A stretch of 62,975 nt of DNA from Burkholderiaceae bacterium (GTDB taxonomy: Bacteria; Pseudomonadota; Gammaproteobacteria; Burkholderiales; Burkholderiaceae_E). Location: the NCBI GenBank assembly GCA_024643785.1, contig JAHEMI010000001.1, forward strand, positions 1-62,975, written 5' to 3'. Made by a program: the position numbers and the translations under genes. This document shows, piece by piece, positions 1 to 9,315 of the stretch (positions within the stretch are counted from its first letter, which is position 1; each line of letters begins with the position of its first letter). The notes beneath the pieces were generated by a model that searched no databases, was not told where the DNA came from, and saw only the letters and a program-made list of their open reading frames with translations.

Positions 1-191
1 TCTCGATCGTGCTGGCCGGCGGCGGCCTGCCGCCATCCCCGGTCTCGGGCACGGTCGAAATCGACGGCCGCTATCACCTGTTCCTGATCGGCGGCGGTGC
101 CCGCGGTTCGGCCTTCGAGGCCGAAAAGCCCAAGGTGCCGATCCCGCCGACGCGCCGGCGCATCTACTGGAACGTCGTGCGCGACAAGTAG
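1..191 (+). CDS. 3' end of an unidentified CDS that starts upstream of the window
   Basis: Reading frame is open from base 3 to TAG at 189-191 (..GRYHLFLIGGGARGSAFEAEKPKVPIPPTRRRIYWNVVRDK*). No family recognised. Confidence 0.3.
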   Translation, partial: SIVLAGGGLPPSPVSGTVEIDGRYHLFLIGGGARGSAFEAEKPKVPIPPTRRRIYWNVVRDK

Positions 192-244
192 TGGCCTAGT
201 ATCCTCGGGTATGCTCGGGATCCGACGACCCCGAGCACCATCCG

Positions 245-1543
245 ATGAGCGAACAAGCCAGGATCTCCGCCCCCGAGTTCGACGACATCGTCGCGGCCCG
301 CGAACGCATTCGCGGCCACGTCAACGAGACCCCGACCCGGGAATCGGTGACCCTGGGCGAGATCGCCGGCTGCCGGCTCTTCCTCAAGTTCGAGAATCGC
401 CAGTTCACGGCGTCATTCAAGGAGCGCGGCGCCGCCAACCGGCTCGCCCAGCTCGACGACGCCGAGCGCCGCGCCGGCGTGATCGCGGTGTCCGCCGGCA
501 ACCACGCCCAGGGACTGGCCTACCACGCGAGCAGGCTCGGCATCCCGGCGGTGATCGTGATGCCGCGCTTCACGCCCTTCGTGAAGATCGAGAACACCCA
601 GCGCCTGGGCGCCGAGGTGGTGCTCAGCGGCGAGACTTTCGCCGCCGCCCGCGAGGAAATGGCGCGCATCGCCGCCGAGCGCGGGCTGACCATCGTCCAT
701 CCCTATGACGACCGCGACATCATCGCCGGCCAGGGGACGATCGGAATCGAGATGCTCGAGGTCGTTCCCGAACTCGACACGCTGGTGGTGTCGATCGGCG
801 GCGGCGGACTGATCGCCGGGATCGCCACCGCGGCGCGCCACATCAAGCCGGGCATCGAGATCATCGGCGTGCAGGCGGAACTGTTCCGCGGCGCCTACGA
901 ACTCTGGCAGGCCCACCATGGCCAGAGCACAGCGGCACACGCAGTCACGCCTCCTGAGGTGGCAGCGGCCGCGACCGCAAAGTCGCGCGCCAGCGGCGGC
1001 CCGACGATCGCCGAGGGCATCGCAGTCGAGCATCCCGGCGCGCTGACGATGCCGGTGATCGACGAGCTGGTCGATGACATCCTGCTGGTCTCGGAAGCAG
1101 ACATCGAGCGCGCGATCGTGCTGGTGCTCGAGATCGAGAAGACCCTGGTCGAAGGCGCCGGCGCAGCCGGGCTGGCGGCGGTGCTCGCCTACCCCGAGCG
1201 TTTTGCCGGCAAGCGGGTCGGGCTGGTGCTGTGCGGCGGCAACATCGACTCGCTGACGCTCGCCGACATCATCGAACGCAACCTGGTGCGCAACCGGCGC
1301 CTGGCGCGGCTCTCGATCAGCGCCTCCGACAAGCCGGGATCGCTGGCGCGGATCGCGGCAATCATCGCCGAACAGGGCGCCAACGTCGAGGAAGTGACCC
1401 ACCAGCGCGCCTTCGCCGACCTGCCGGTGCGCTATGTGCGCATCGACATGGTGATCAGCACCCGCGGCAAGGACCATCTCGAAGCCACCATGGCCGCGCT
1501 GGCCGCAGCTGGCTTCGAGGCCCAGTTGCGGCTCGCCGGATAG
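245..1543 (+). CDS. ilvA: Threonine ammonia-lyase (threonine dehydratase), PLP enzyme with one C-terminal ACT-like regulatory domain
   Basis: ATG at 245. PLP-lysine motif FKFENRQFTASFKERGA, glycine loop SIGGGGLIAG, and a C-terminal ACT-like segment (LSISASDKPGSLARIAAIIAEQGANV). Confidence 0.85.
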   Translation: MSEQARISAPEFDDIVAARERIRGHVNETPTRESVTLGEIAGCRLFLKFENRQFTASFKERGAANRLAQLDDAERRAGVIAVSAGNHAQGLAYHASRLGIPAVIVMPRFTPFVKIENTQRLGAEVVLSGETFAAAREEMARIAAERGLTIVHPYDDRDIIAGQGTIGIEMLEVVPELDTLVVSIGGGGLIAGIATAARHIKPGIEIIGVQAELFRGAYELWQAHHGQSTAAHAVTPPEVAAAATAKSRASGGPTIAEGIAVEHPGALTMPVIDELVDDILLVSEADIERAIVLVLEIEKTLVEGAGAAGLAAVLAYPERFAGKRVGLVLCGGNIDSLTLADIIERNLVRNRRLARLSISASDKPGSLARIAAIIAEQGANVEEVTHQRAFADLPVRYVRIDMVISTRGKDHLEATMAALAAAGFEAQLRLAG

Positions 1544-1573
1544 CGTTCCCGTTCGCCCTCCGGCGCCCTCTTC

Positions 1574-4444
1574 CTAAACCGGCGCCGGCGCCACCGCCAC
1601 GGCGCAGAACTTGAATTCCGGGATCTTCCCGAAAGGGTCGAGCGCCGGGTTGGTCAACCGGTTGGCGGCGGCCTCGGCATAGGCGAATGCGATGAACACG
1701 CTGCCCGGGAAGACGCCGTCATCGACGCGCGCCGCGAGCCTGATTTCGCCCCGGCGCGAGCGCACCGAGATCTGCGTGCCGGGGGCGATACCGAGCCGCT
1801 CCAGATCGGCCGGATTCAGTGACGCGGTCGCCACCGGTTCCAGGGCGTCGAGCGCCTGCGAGCGGCGCGTCATCGCGCCTGTGTGCCAATGCTCCAGTTG
1901 GCGACCGGTGACCAGCACCATCGGGTAGCGCTCGTCGGGCAACTCGGCGGCCGTGATCAGCTGTGCCGGCACCAGCCGCGCCTTGCCGTCGGGGGTCGGG
2001 AAGCTCTCCCGGAAGACCACCGGTTCTCCCGGATCGCCCTCGTTGAGGCACGGGTAGGTGACCGATCCCTCGCGCTCGAGGCGCTCCCAGCGGATGCCGG
2101 AGATCGCGTCAGTGCAGGCGGCCATCTCGGCGAACACTTCGCGCGGTTCGCGATCGGGCCAGTCGAGCCCGAGCTCGCGGGCCATTGCGGTGATGATTGC
2201 GAGATCCTGCCGCGCCTGGCCGGGGAGCGCGAGCACCGGGCGCGCCATCTGCACCATCCGGTCGGTGTTGGTGAAGGACCCGCCCTTCTCGGCGAGCGCC
2301 GACGCCGGCAGGATCACGTCGGCGAGATACGCGGTTTCGGTCGGGAAGATGTCCTGGACCACCAGCATCTCGAGGGCGGCAAGCCCCTCGCGGGCGTGGG
2401 CCAGGTCGGGGTCCGACATCGCCGGGTTCTCGCCCATCACGTACATCCCGCGCACCGTGCCGGCGCGCGCGGCATTGATGATCTCGACGACCGTCAGCCC
2501 GGGTTCGCGATCGAGCGTCGTCCCCCAGAACGATTCGAAGCGCGCCGCTACCGCCGGGTCACTGACGCTCTGGTAGCCGGGATAGACCATCGGGATCAGC
2601 CCGGCATCGGACGCGCCCTGGACGTTGTTCTGGCCACGCAGCGGGTGCAGTCCGGTACCAGGGCGGCCGATCTGCCCGGTGATCAGCGCCAAGGCGATCA
2701 GGCAGCGGACGTTGTCGGTGCCGTGGATGTGCTGCGAAACGCCCATGCCCCATAGCACCATCGATGCCCGGCTGCCGGCATAGCAGCGGGCCACGGTGCG
2801 GATGGTCTCGGCATCGATCCCGCAGACGGGCGCCATTGCCTCGGGCGAGAAGGCCGCGACATTGGCCCGCAGTTCCTCGTAGCCGCTCGTGCGCCGCGCG
2901 ACAAAGTCATGGTCGACCAGGTCCTCGGCGATGATGGTGTGCAGCATCGCGTTGAGCAGCGCGACGTCGGTGTCCGGCCGGAACTGCAGATTATGGGTCG
3001 CGTAGCGTGCGAGCGCGCCGCGGCGCGGATTGGCCACGATGAGCTTGGTGCCGCGGCGCACCGCGTTGCGAATCCAGCTGGCCGCGACCGGATGATTGCC
3101 ACTCGGGTTGGCCCCGATCACCATCACCACATCGGCCGCGAGCACATCGCGCACCGGGTTGGAAACCGCGCCGGAGCCGAGCCCTTCCATCAGCGCCGCC
3201 ACCGACGAGGCGTGGCACAGCCTGGTGCAGTGGTCGACGTTGTTGCTGCCAAAGCCAACCCGGACAAGCTTCTGGAACAGGTACGCTTCCTCGTTGCTGC
3301 CCTTGGCCGAACCGAAACCGGCGAGTGCCCTGGCGCCCGCACTGTCGCGGATCCGGGCCAGGGTGCCGCCCGCCAGAGCCAGCGCCTCTTCCCAGCTCGC
3401 CTCGCGGAAATCATCGCGCCAGTTCTCCGGCACCCGAGCGAAATTCGGGTTCTTCTTCGCGCCGGCGCGGCGCACCAGCGGCACGGTCAGCCGTTGCGGG
3501 CTCATCGCGTAGTCGAATCCAAAACGCCCCTTGACGCACAAGCGCGACAGATTGGCCGGGCCGTCCCGGCCGGCGACGTGGACGATGCGGTTGCCGCTGA
3601 CGTGGTAGGTCATCTGGCAGCCGACGCCGCAATACGGGCACAGCGAATCGACCTTGCGCTCAACCGCACGCGGCGCGATCGGCGCCGGCGCCGGAGCCGG
3701 GATCGGCACCGCGGCGCCCGGAAGCGCAGTGGCGGCGCCGGCAATCGCGGCAGCACCGAGCAGGCGCGGCATCAGCGCGCCGGTCGGGCACGCCTGGACG
3801 CACTCGCCGCAGGCCACGCAACTTGACGCGCCGAGTTCGTCGTCGCAGTCGAAGACGATCCGGGCGTGCTCGCCGCGCCCGGCAAAGCCGATCACGTCGT
3901 TGCCCTGCTCCTCACGACAGGCGCGCAGGCAGCGGGTGCACTGGATGCAGGCGTCGAGCCGGACTGCGATCGCCGGATGGCTGTCGTCGGGCTCCGCCGG
4001 CGGGCGGCGGGCAAAGCGCGGCGTGGCGATACCCATTGCCGTTGCCAGGCCGGCCAGTTCCGAGCCGGAACGGCAATCGGCGTCAAGCACCGCCGGTGAT
4101 CCGCCCGAACCGTCATCTGGCACCGAGACGCCGTCGGCAGGGCTCTCCAAGCCAGCCTCTGCCGCCAGCATCTCGACCACCATGCGTTGTGCCGCGCGCG
4201 CCCGCGGACTCTGCGCGCTCACCTTCATGTCCGGCGTCGGCGCGCGGCAGCACGATGCCGCCAGCACCCGTTCGCCAGCAACCTCGACCACGCAGGCGCG
4301 GCAATTGCCGTCGGGGCGCAAACCGTCCTGATAACAGAGGCTCGGTATCTCGGCGCCGGCGCGCCGCGCCGCCTGAAGGATGGTTTCGCCGGGCTGGGCC
4401 GCAATCCGCCGCCCGTCGAGTTCGAACTCGACTGTCGGGTTCAT
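1574..4444 (-). CDS. fdsA: NAD-linked formate dehydrogenase alpha subunit (Mo/W-bisPGD, NuoG-like N-terminus), Cys-type active site
   Basis: Conserved start MNPTVEFELDGRRIAAQPGETILQAA (ATG 4442-4444). N-terminal 2Fe-2S and 4Fe-4S Cys clusters. Molybdopterin region has HCTRLCHASSV, so Cys rather than an in-frame TGA. The 1027-aa track ORF is an upstream extension into fdsB. Confidence 0.9.
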   Translation of the reverse strand: MNPTVEFELDGRRIAAQPGETILQAARRAGAEIPSLCYQDGLRPDGNCRACVVEVAGERVLAASCCRAPTPDMKVSAQSPRARAAQRMVVEMLAAEAGLESPADGVSVPDDGSGGSPAVLDADCRSGSELAGLATAMGIATPRFARRPPAEPDDSHPAIAVRLDACIQCTRCLRACREEQGNDVIGFAGRGEHARIVFDCDDELGASSCVACGECVQACPTGALMPRLLGAAAIAGAATALPGAAVPIPAPAPAPIAPRAVERKVDSLCPYCGVGCQMTYHVSGNRIVHVAGRDGPANLSRLCVKGRFGFDYAMSPQRLTVPLVRRAGAKKNPNFARVPENWRDDFREASWEEALALAGGTLARIRDSAGARALAGFGSAKGSNEEAYLFQKLVRVGFGSNNVDHCTRLCHASSVAALMEGLGSGAVSNPVRDVLAADVVMVIGANPSGNHPVAASWIRNAVRRGTKLIVANPRRGALARYATHNLQFRPDTDVALLNAMLHTIIAEDLVDHDFVARRTSGYEELRANVAAFSPEAMAPVCGIDAETIRTVARCYAGSRASMVLWGMGVSQHIHGTDNVRCLIALALITGQIGRPGTGLHPLRGQNNVQGASDAGLIPMVYPGYQSVSDPAVAARFESFWGTTLDREPGLTVVEIINAARAGTVRGMYVMGENPAMSDPDLAHAREGLAALEMLVVQDIFPTETAYLADVILPASALAEKGGSFTNTDRMVQMARPVLALPGQARQDLAIITAMARELGLDWPDREPREVFAEMAACTDAISGIRWERLEREGSVTYPCLNEGDPGEPVVFRESFPTPDGKARLVPAQLITAAELPDERYPMVLVTGRQLEHWHTGAMTRRSQALDALEPVATASLNPADLERLGIAPGTQISVRSRRGEIRLAARVDDGVFPGSVFIAFAYAEAAANRLTNPALDPFGKIPEFKFCAVAVAPAPV

Positions 4445-6189
4445 CTGGCGTCCTCGAACGCGCGGCGTTCGCGCGCGCTGAATTCCGCCGGGAAGTGGCG
4501 CAGGGCGCTGACCAGGGGATTGGGCGCCGCCTGCCCAAGGCCGCAGATCGACGCATCGCGCATCACCTGCGACAGGTCGAGCAGCAATGGCACGTCCCAT
4601 TCGCCGGCGCGCATCAGCTCGGCAGCGCGCTGGGTGCCGACCCGGCACGGCGTGCACTGGCCACAGGATTCCTTGCGGAAGAACTCCATCAGTCCTTGCG
4701 CGACGTCACGGACCCGATCGTGCTGCGACAACACCACGATCGCCGCCGAACCGATGAAACAGCCGTGCGCTTCGAGCGTGCCGAAATCGAGCGGCAGGTC
4801 GGCGAGCGCCGCCGGCAGGATTCCTCCGGAAGCCCCGCCCGGCAGGTAGGCGTGAAGTTCATGTCCGGGCAGCATTCCGCCACAGTACTCATCGACCAGT
4901 TCGCGCAGCGTGATCCCCGCCGGAGCGACCTTGACCCCGGGGTCGACCACCCGCCCCGACACCGAGAAACTGCGCGGGCCCTTGTGCCCGCGCCGCCCCT
5001 GACCGGCAAACGCCGCCGCGCCCGCCGCCAGGATCTCCGGTACCCACCACAGCGTCTCGACGTTGTGGACCAGTGTCGGCCTCTCGAACAGGCCGCGTTC
5101 GGCGACGTAGGGCGGGCGCAGGCGCGGCATGCCGCGCTTGCCCTCGATCGACTCGAGCATCGCGCTCTCTTCACCGCAGATATAGGCGCCGGCGCCCCGA
5201 CGCAGCTCGATCGCGGGCAGCCGCCAGTCGTCCGACTGCGGTGCCCTGGCCTGCAGGGCTGAGATCTCGGCCGCCAGCAGCGCGCGCACCCCGGCGTATT
5301 CGTCACGCAGGTAGATCGTGCAGCTCTCGGCTTCGATCGCCCAGGCGGCAATCAGCATCCCTTCGAGAAACCGCCGGGCGCCGTGCTCGAGATGATGGCG
5401 GTCCTTGAAGGTGCCGGGTTCGCCTTCGTCGGCGTTGACCACCAGCAGCCGCGGTCCGGGCTGCCCGGCGACGATGCGCCATTTGCGCCCGGTCGGGAAA
5501 CCGGCCCCGCCCATGCCACGCAAGCCGCTCGCATCGAGCGCGTCGCAGACCGCGGCGCGCAGCTCGCCGGGCGTGGCCTGCGGCCCGCCTCCGCTGTCCA
5601 GTCCCCGCGGCGGGGTACCTGACAGCAAGCTGCGCATGAGCGCGAAATCCTCGCCCGCGGCACCTGGACCCGTAGCAATCGCTGGCGACGGGCAGTCACG
5701 CACGCCGGCGGCAACCTGGTCCCGGACCAGCTCGGCGGTGGCGGGCGCCACCGGATGCTGGTGAACCACCGCCACCGGCGCCTGGGCGCACCGGCCCACG
5801 CATGGCACCGGCTGAACCCGCACGGCAGTGCCGAGCGTGTTGCGCAGGCGCTCGGCCAGCTGTGCCGAGCCGGCGAGGCCGCAGGCTACCGACTCGCAGA
5901 CCCGCACGGTCAGCGCCGGCGGCGCCGCGTCGCCCTCACGCACAACGTCGAAGTGATGGTAGAAAGTGGCGACCTCGAAAACCTCGGCCTGCGAGAGCCG
6001 CAGTTCCTCGGCCAGGGCGGCCAGCAGACCCACGGCCAGGTGGCCTTCGGCATCCTGGATCAGGTGCAGCAGCTCGATCAACAGATCGGCGCGGCGTGGC
6101 GCGTCAGCGAGCAGCACGGCGAGGCGCTCGCGATCCCGAGCTTCGACCCTCCGCCCCTTGCCCTGGGCGGTTCTGGCCGCCCTGCTCAA
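4441..6189 (-). CDS. fdsB: Formate dehydrogenase beta subunit, NuoE-like 2Fe-2S domain fused to NuoF-like FMN/NAD/4Fe-4S domain
   Basis: NuoE-like LLIELLHLIQDAEGHL..CESVACG..CVGRC followed by NuoF-like GLRGMGGAGFPTGRKW, ADEGEPGTFKDR and ESCGQCTPCRVG. Stop TGA 4441-4443 overlaps the fdsA ATG. I propose TTG at 6187-6189 as the start (GAGG lies 8 nt upstream, and it overlaps the stop of the upstream MBL gene). The start is uncertain. Confidence 0.8.
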   Translation of the reverse strand: MSRAARTAQGKGRRVEARDRERLAVLLADAPRRADLLIELLHLIQDAEGHLAVGLLAALAEELRLSQAEVFEVATFYHHFDVVREGDAAPPALTVRVCESVACGLAGSAQLAERLRNTLGTAVRVQPVPCVGRCAQAPVAVVHQHPVAPATAELVRDQVAAGVRDCPSPAIATGPGAAGEDFALMRSLLSGTPPRGLDSGGGPQATPGELRAAVCDALDASGLRGMGGAGFPTGRKWRIVAGQPGPRLLVVNADEGEPGTFKDRHHLEHGARRFLEGMLIAAWAIEAESCTIYLRDEYAGVRALLAAEISALQARAPQSDDWRLPAIELRRGAGAYICGEESAMLESIEGKRGMPRLRPPYVAERGLFERPTLVHNVETLWWVPEILAAGAAAFAGQGRRGHKGPRSFSVSGRVVDPGVKVAPAGITLRELVDEYCGGMLPGHELHAYLPGGASGGILPAALADLPLDFGTLEAHGCFIGSAAIVVLSQHDRVRDVAQGLMEFFRKESCGQCTPCRVGTQRAAELMRAGEWDVPLLLDLSQVMRDASICGLGQAAPNPLVSALRHFPAEFSARERRAFEDAR

Positions 6190-7547
6190 AGCGGGACCTC
6201 GGCACTCTCCAGGTGTTCCGGCACGTGCACCGGCCAGCCGAAATGACTCTTGATGCGCAGGCGCAAGGCGTCGCTGGCCGCCGGCTCGCCGTGGGTCAGG
6301 TAGACCTGCCGCGGTGCGCGCCGCAGGCTTCCCAGCCACTGCATGATCTGGTCGGCATCGGCGTGGGCGGAGAGACCGTGGAGTTGCGACACCGCTGCGC
6401 GCACGGTATGCCATTCGCCGTGGATCTTGACCTCGGTCGCCCCTTCTACCATGTGGGCGCCGCGCGTTCCGCCCGCCTGGAAGCCGACAAACACGATGTG
6501 GTTGCGCGAGTCCGGGAGCAGGCGCTTGAGGTGATGCAGGACCCGACCACCAGTGGCCATGCCGCTGGCGGCGATGATGATCGACGGCACGGCGCTGTTG
6601 GCGATCGCCTTGGACTGCTCAGCCGTATTGCACATTTTCGCGACGCCGAACATCGCCCGGCACTCCGCGACGGTGATGCGATGCTGGTCGCGATGGCGGC
6701 GGTACAGTTCGCTGGCGTCGATCGCCATTGGGCTGTCGAGATAGACCGGGAGATTGGGGATCGCGCCGTCACGCTTGAGCCGCGACAGGCCCAGCATCAC
6801 GTCCTGCGAGCGACCGACCGCAAATGATGGAATCAGCACCGAGCCGCCCTGGGCGGCGGTATCGCAGATGATCTTGGCCAGCAGCGCGAACGGATCAGCT
6901 TCCTCGTGGACGCGATTGCCGTAGGTCGATTCGAGAATGAGCGTATCGACTTCTTGCAACTTGGTCGGGGCCTTGAGCAGAGCCGAATTGGTGCGGCCGA
7001 GATCGCCCGAGAACACCATCGAACGCCCGTCACGGCTGACCCGGATCAGCGCTGCACCAATGATGTGGCCCGCCGGCAGGAAGGAGGCGTGCAGGCCGTC
7101 GCCGAGGTCGAATTCGGTCTTGAATGGCACCACCCGGAAGTGGGTCAGCGAGCGTTCGGCATCGGCCACGGTGTAGAGCGGCTCCGCCGGGGAATGCTTG
7201 GAGAAGCCCCGCAGGTTGGCGTAGCGCGCCTCTTCTTCCTGCAGGTAGCCACTGTCGCGCAGCAGCAGTTCGCACAGATCGCGGGTGGCCTCGGTGCACA
7301 TGATCTCGCCACGGAACCCGTCGCGCACCAGTGCCGGCAGGTAACCGCTGTGGTCGAGGTGGGCGTGGGTAAGCAGAACCTTGTTGATGCTTCTGGGCGT
7401 TACCGGGAACGGGGCGCGGTTGCGCAAGCGCAACTGTTTGTAGCCCTGGAACAATCCGCAATCGACCAGGATCCGGCGCCTGCCGCTCTGGATGATGTAA
7501 CGCGACCCGGTGACTGTTCCGGCAGCACCACCAAAGGTCAGTTTCAT
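6186..7547 (-). CDS. MBL-fold metallo-hydrolase of the beta-CASP (RNA/DNA-processing nuclease) family
   Basis: Start MKLTFGGAAGTVTGS (ATG 7545-7547). Has the HAHLDHSG (HxHxDH) motif and C-terminal beta-CASP motifs (..GFQAGGTRG.., ..LSAHAD.., ..THGE..). The track ORF 6186-8546 is an upstream extension. Confidence 0.85.
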   Translation of the reverse strand: MKLTFGGAAGTVTGSRYIIQSGRRRILVDCGLFQGYKQLRLRNRAPFPVTPRSINKVLLTHAHLDHSGYLPALVRDGFRGEIMCTEATRDLCELLLRDSGYLQEEEARYANLRGFSKHSPAEPLYTVADAERSLTHFRVVPFKTEFDLGDGLHASFLPAGHIIGAALIRVSRDGRSMVFSGDLGRTNSALLKAPTKLQEVDTLILESTYGNRVHEEADPFALLAKIICDTAAQGGSVLIPSFAVGRSQDVMLGLSRLKRDGAIPNLPVYLDSPMAIDASELYRRHRDQHRITVAECRAMFGVAKMCNTAEQSKAIANSAVPSIIIAASGMATGGRVLHHLKRLLPDSRNHIVFVGFQAGGTRGAHMVEGATEVKIHGEWHTVRAAVSQLHGLSAHADADQIMQWLGSLRRAPRQVYLTHGEPAASDALRLRIKSHFGWPVHVPEHLESAEVPL

Positions 7548-9205
7548 TTCCCGCTCTCCAATGCTCCCCACTCGATCAGTTCGTCGGTCAGGGTGCTGTC
7601 GAGCACCGCGGCACCAAAGCTGGTGGCAGCCACCGGCGCCAGCCGATTGTTGACGTAGGCAGAGCCCAGCGCCTCCAGGCCCAGTTCGACCAGGCTCGCC
7701 CCGGCCAGCAGAACTGCCAGTTGCTCGACGCACTGCCGCGCGCGGGTCGGCTCGCCGGCGCGAAATGCGATCAGCACGGCGTCGATGCGCTCCGCCTGGC
7801 CAGGCAGCCAGGCGAGCAGGAACTGCGCCATCGCCTCGACCGCCTCGGGTTCGCGCTGCATCACCCGCAGGGTATCGAGCACGATCACGTTGCCCGACCC
7901 CTCCCAGATGCCATTGAGCGGGGCCTGGCGAAACGCCCGCGGGAGCGGCGATTCCTCGACGTAGCCGCTGCCCCCGAGACACTCCATGGCTTCGGCAACC
8001 ACGGGCGTGGCGCGCCGGCAGACCCAGTACTTGGCAATCGGCGTCATCAGGCGCGCCAGCAATCCCTGGGCCGGGTCGTCCGCCGCGCGATCGAAGGCGA
8101 GCGCGATGCGCATAGCCAGCGCCGTAGCCGCGGAACTCTCGAGCACCAGATCCGCCAGCACCTGGCGCATCATCGGCTGATCGATCAGGCGACGTCCGAA
8201 AGCGCTGCGCCGCTGCGCGTTCCAGATCGCGTTGGAGAGCGCCCAGCGCATCGTCGCCGCCGCGCCGGTCACGCAATCGAGCCGCGTGTGCTGGACCATC
8301 TCGAGAATGGTCGCGACGCCGCGGCCTTCGGGGCCGACAAGGCTCGCCGCGGCCTCGCGCAATTCCATCTCGCAGGTGGCGTTGGAGCGATCGCCCATCT
8401 TGTCCTTGAGCCGCTGCAGTTCGAGCGCGTTGCGGCTGCCGTCGAGGCGCCAGCGCGGCACAAAGAAACAGCTCAGCCCGGTGTCTTCGCCGTTGATCTT
8501 GGCCAACGCCAGGAAGCCGTCGGCCATCGCCCCCGAGACGAACCACTTGTGTCCGGTGAGCGCGTAGCTGCCGTCGGCCTGGGCGACCGCCACGGTGGAG
8601 TTGGCACGCACGTCGGAACCGCCCTGTTTCTCGGTCATCGCCATGCCCAGCGTGACGCCGCCCTTCTGGTGCGCCGGCAGGCAGCGTGCGTCGTAGCGCG
8701 CGGCCGCGATGCGCGGCTCCCAGCTCTCCGCGATTTCTGGCTGTTTGCGCAGCGCCGGCACGGCGGCGTAGGTCATCGACATCGGGCAGCCGACGCCGGC
8801 CTCGGCCTGCGTCAGCAGGTAGAGCAAGGCGGTGTGGGCGACGTGGCCGGCGCGCGGCGCGGTCCAGGCGATCGAACTGGTCCCGGCCTCGAGCCCGAGC
8901 GCCATCAGCGCGTGGTAGGCGGGATGGAATTCGACTTCGTCGACGCGGCGACCAAAGCGGTCGAAGGCGCGCAATTGCGGCGGGTTGCGGTTGGCGAGTT
9001 CACCCCAGTACTGGACTTCCTCGCTCCCGGTCCGCGCGCCGAAGTGCGACAGGCGCTCGACGTGGCCGGCGCCACCGGCCGCCTCGACCAGCGCCGAGAG
9101 AATCCAGTCGCCGTCGAACAGGTTGACATCGACCAGCGCCTCGCCCTGGTTGAAGACCACGTGGGTACCAAGATCGGTGCGCGGCACCGAGGCGTTGATG
9201 GGCAT
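7544..9205 (-). CDS. AidB-like acyl-CoA dehydrogenase family protein
   Basis: AidB-type N-terminus (PPQLRAFDRFGRRVDEVEFHPAYHALM) and an acyl-CoA dehydrogenase core (GMAMTEKQGGSDVRANST, GHKWFVSG, GGSGYVEES). ATG at 9203-9205 has GGGGA 9 nt upstream, so it is preferred over GTG at 9214. The stop overlaps the MBL gene ATG (ATGA). Confidence 0.85.
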   Translation of the reverse strand: MPINASVPRTDLGTHVVFNQGEALVDVNLFDGDWILSALVEAAGGAGHVERLSHFGARTGSEEVQYWGELANRNPPQLRAFDRFGRRVDEVEFHPAYHALMALGLEAGTSSIAWTAPRAGHVAHTALLYLLTQAEAGVGCPMSMTYAAVPALRKQPEIAESWEPRIAAARYDARCLPAHQKGGVTLGMAMTEKQGGSDVRANSTVAVAQADGSYALTGHKWFVSGAMADGFLALAKINGEDTGLSCFFVPRWRLDGSRNALELQRLKDKMGDRSNATCEMELREAAASLVGPEGRGVATILEMVQHTRLDCVTGAAATMRWALSNAIWNAQRRSAFGRRLIDQPMMRQVLADLVLESSAATALAMRIALAFDRAADDPAQGLLARLMTPIAKYWVCRRATPVVAEAMECLGGSGYVEESPLPRAFRQAPLNGIWEGSGNVIVLDTLRVMQREPEAVEAMAQFLLAWLPGQAERIDAVLIAFRAGEPTRARQCVEQLAVLLAGASLVELGLEALGSAYVNNRLAPVAATSFGAAVLDSTLTDELIEWGALESGK

Positions 9206-9315
9206 CTTCGACACTCCCCGACTAGCCGGAATGATCCCGGCTCACCGGCCCATTCTACCCTCGGCCCTGAGGGTGCGGAGACGCTGCCGGCGGGTCAGCC
9301 GCCAGCGCACCCGGG

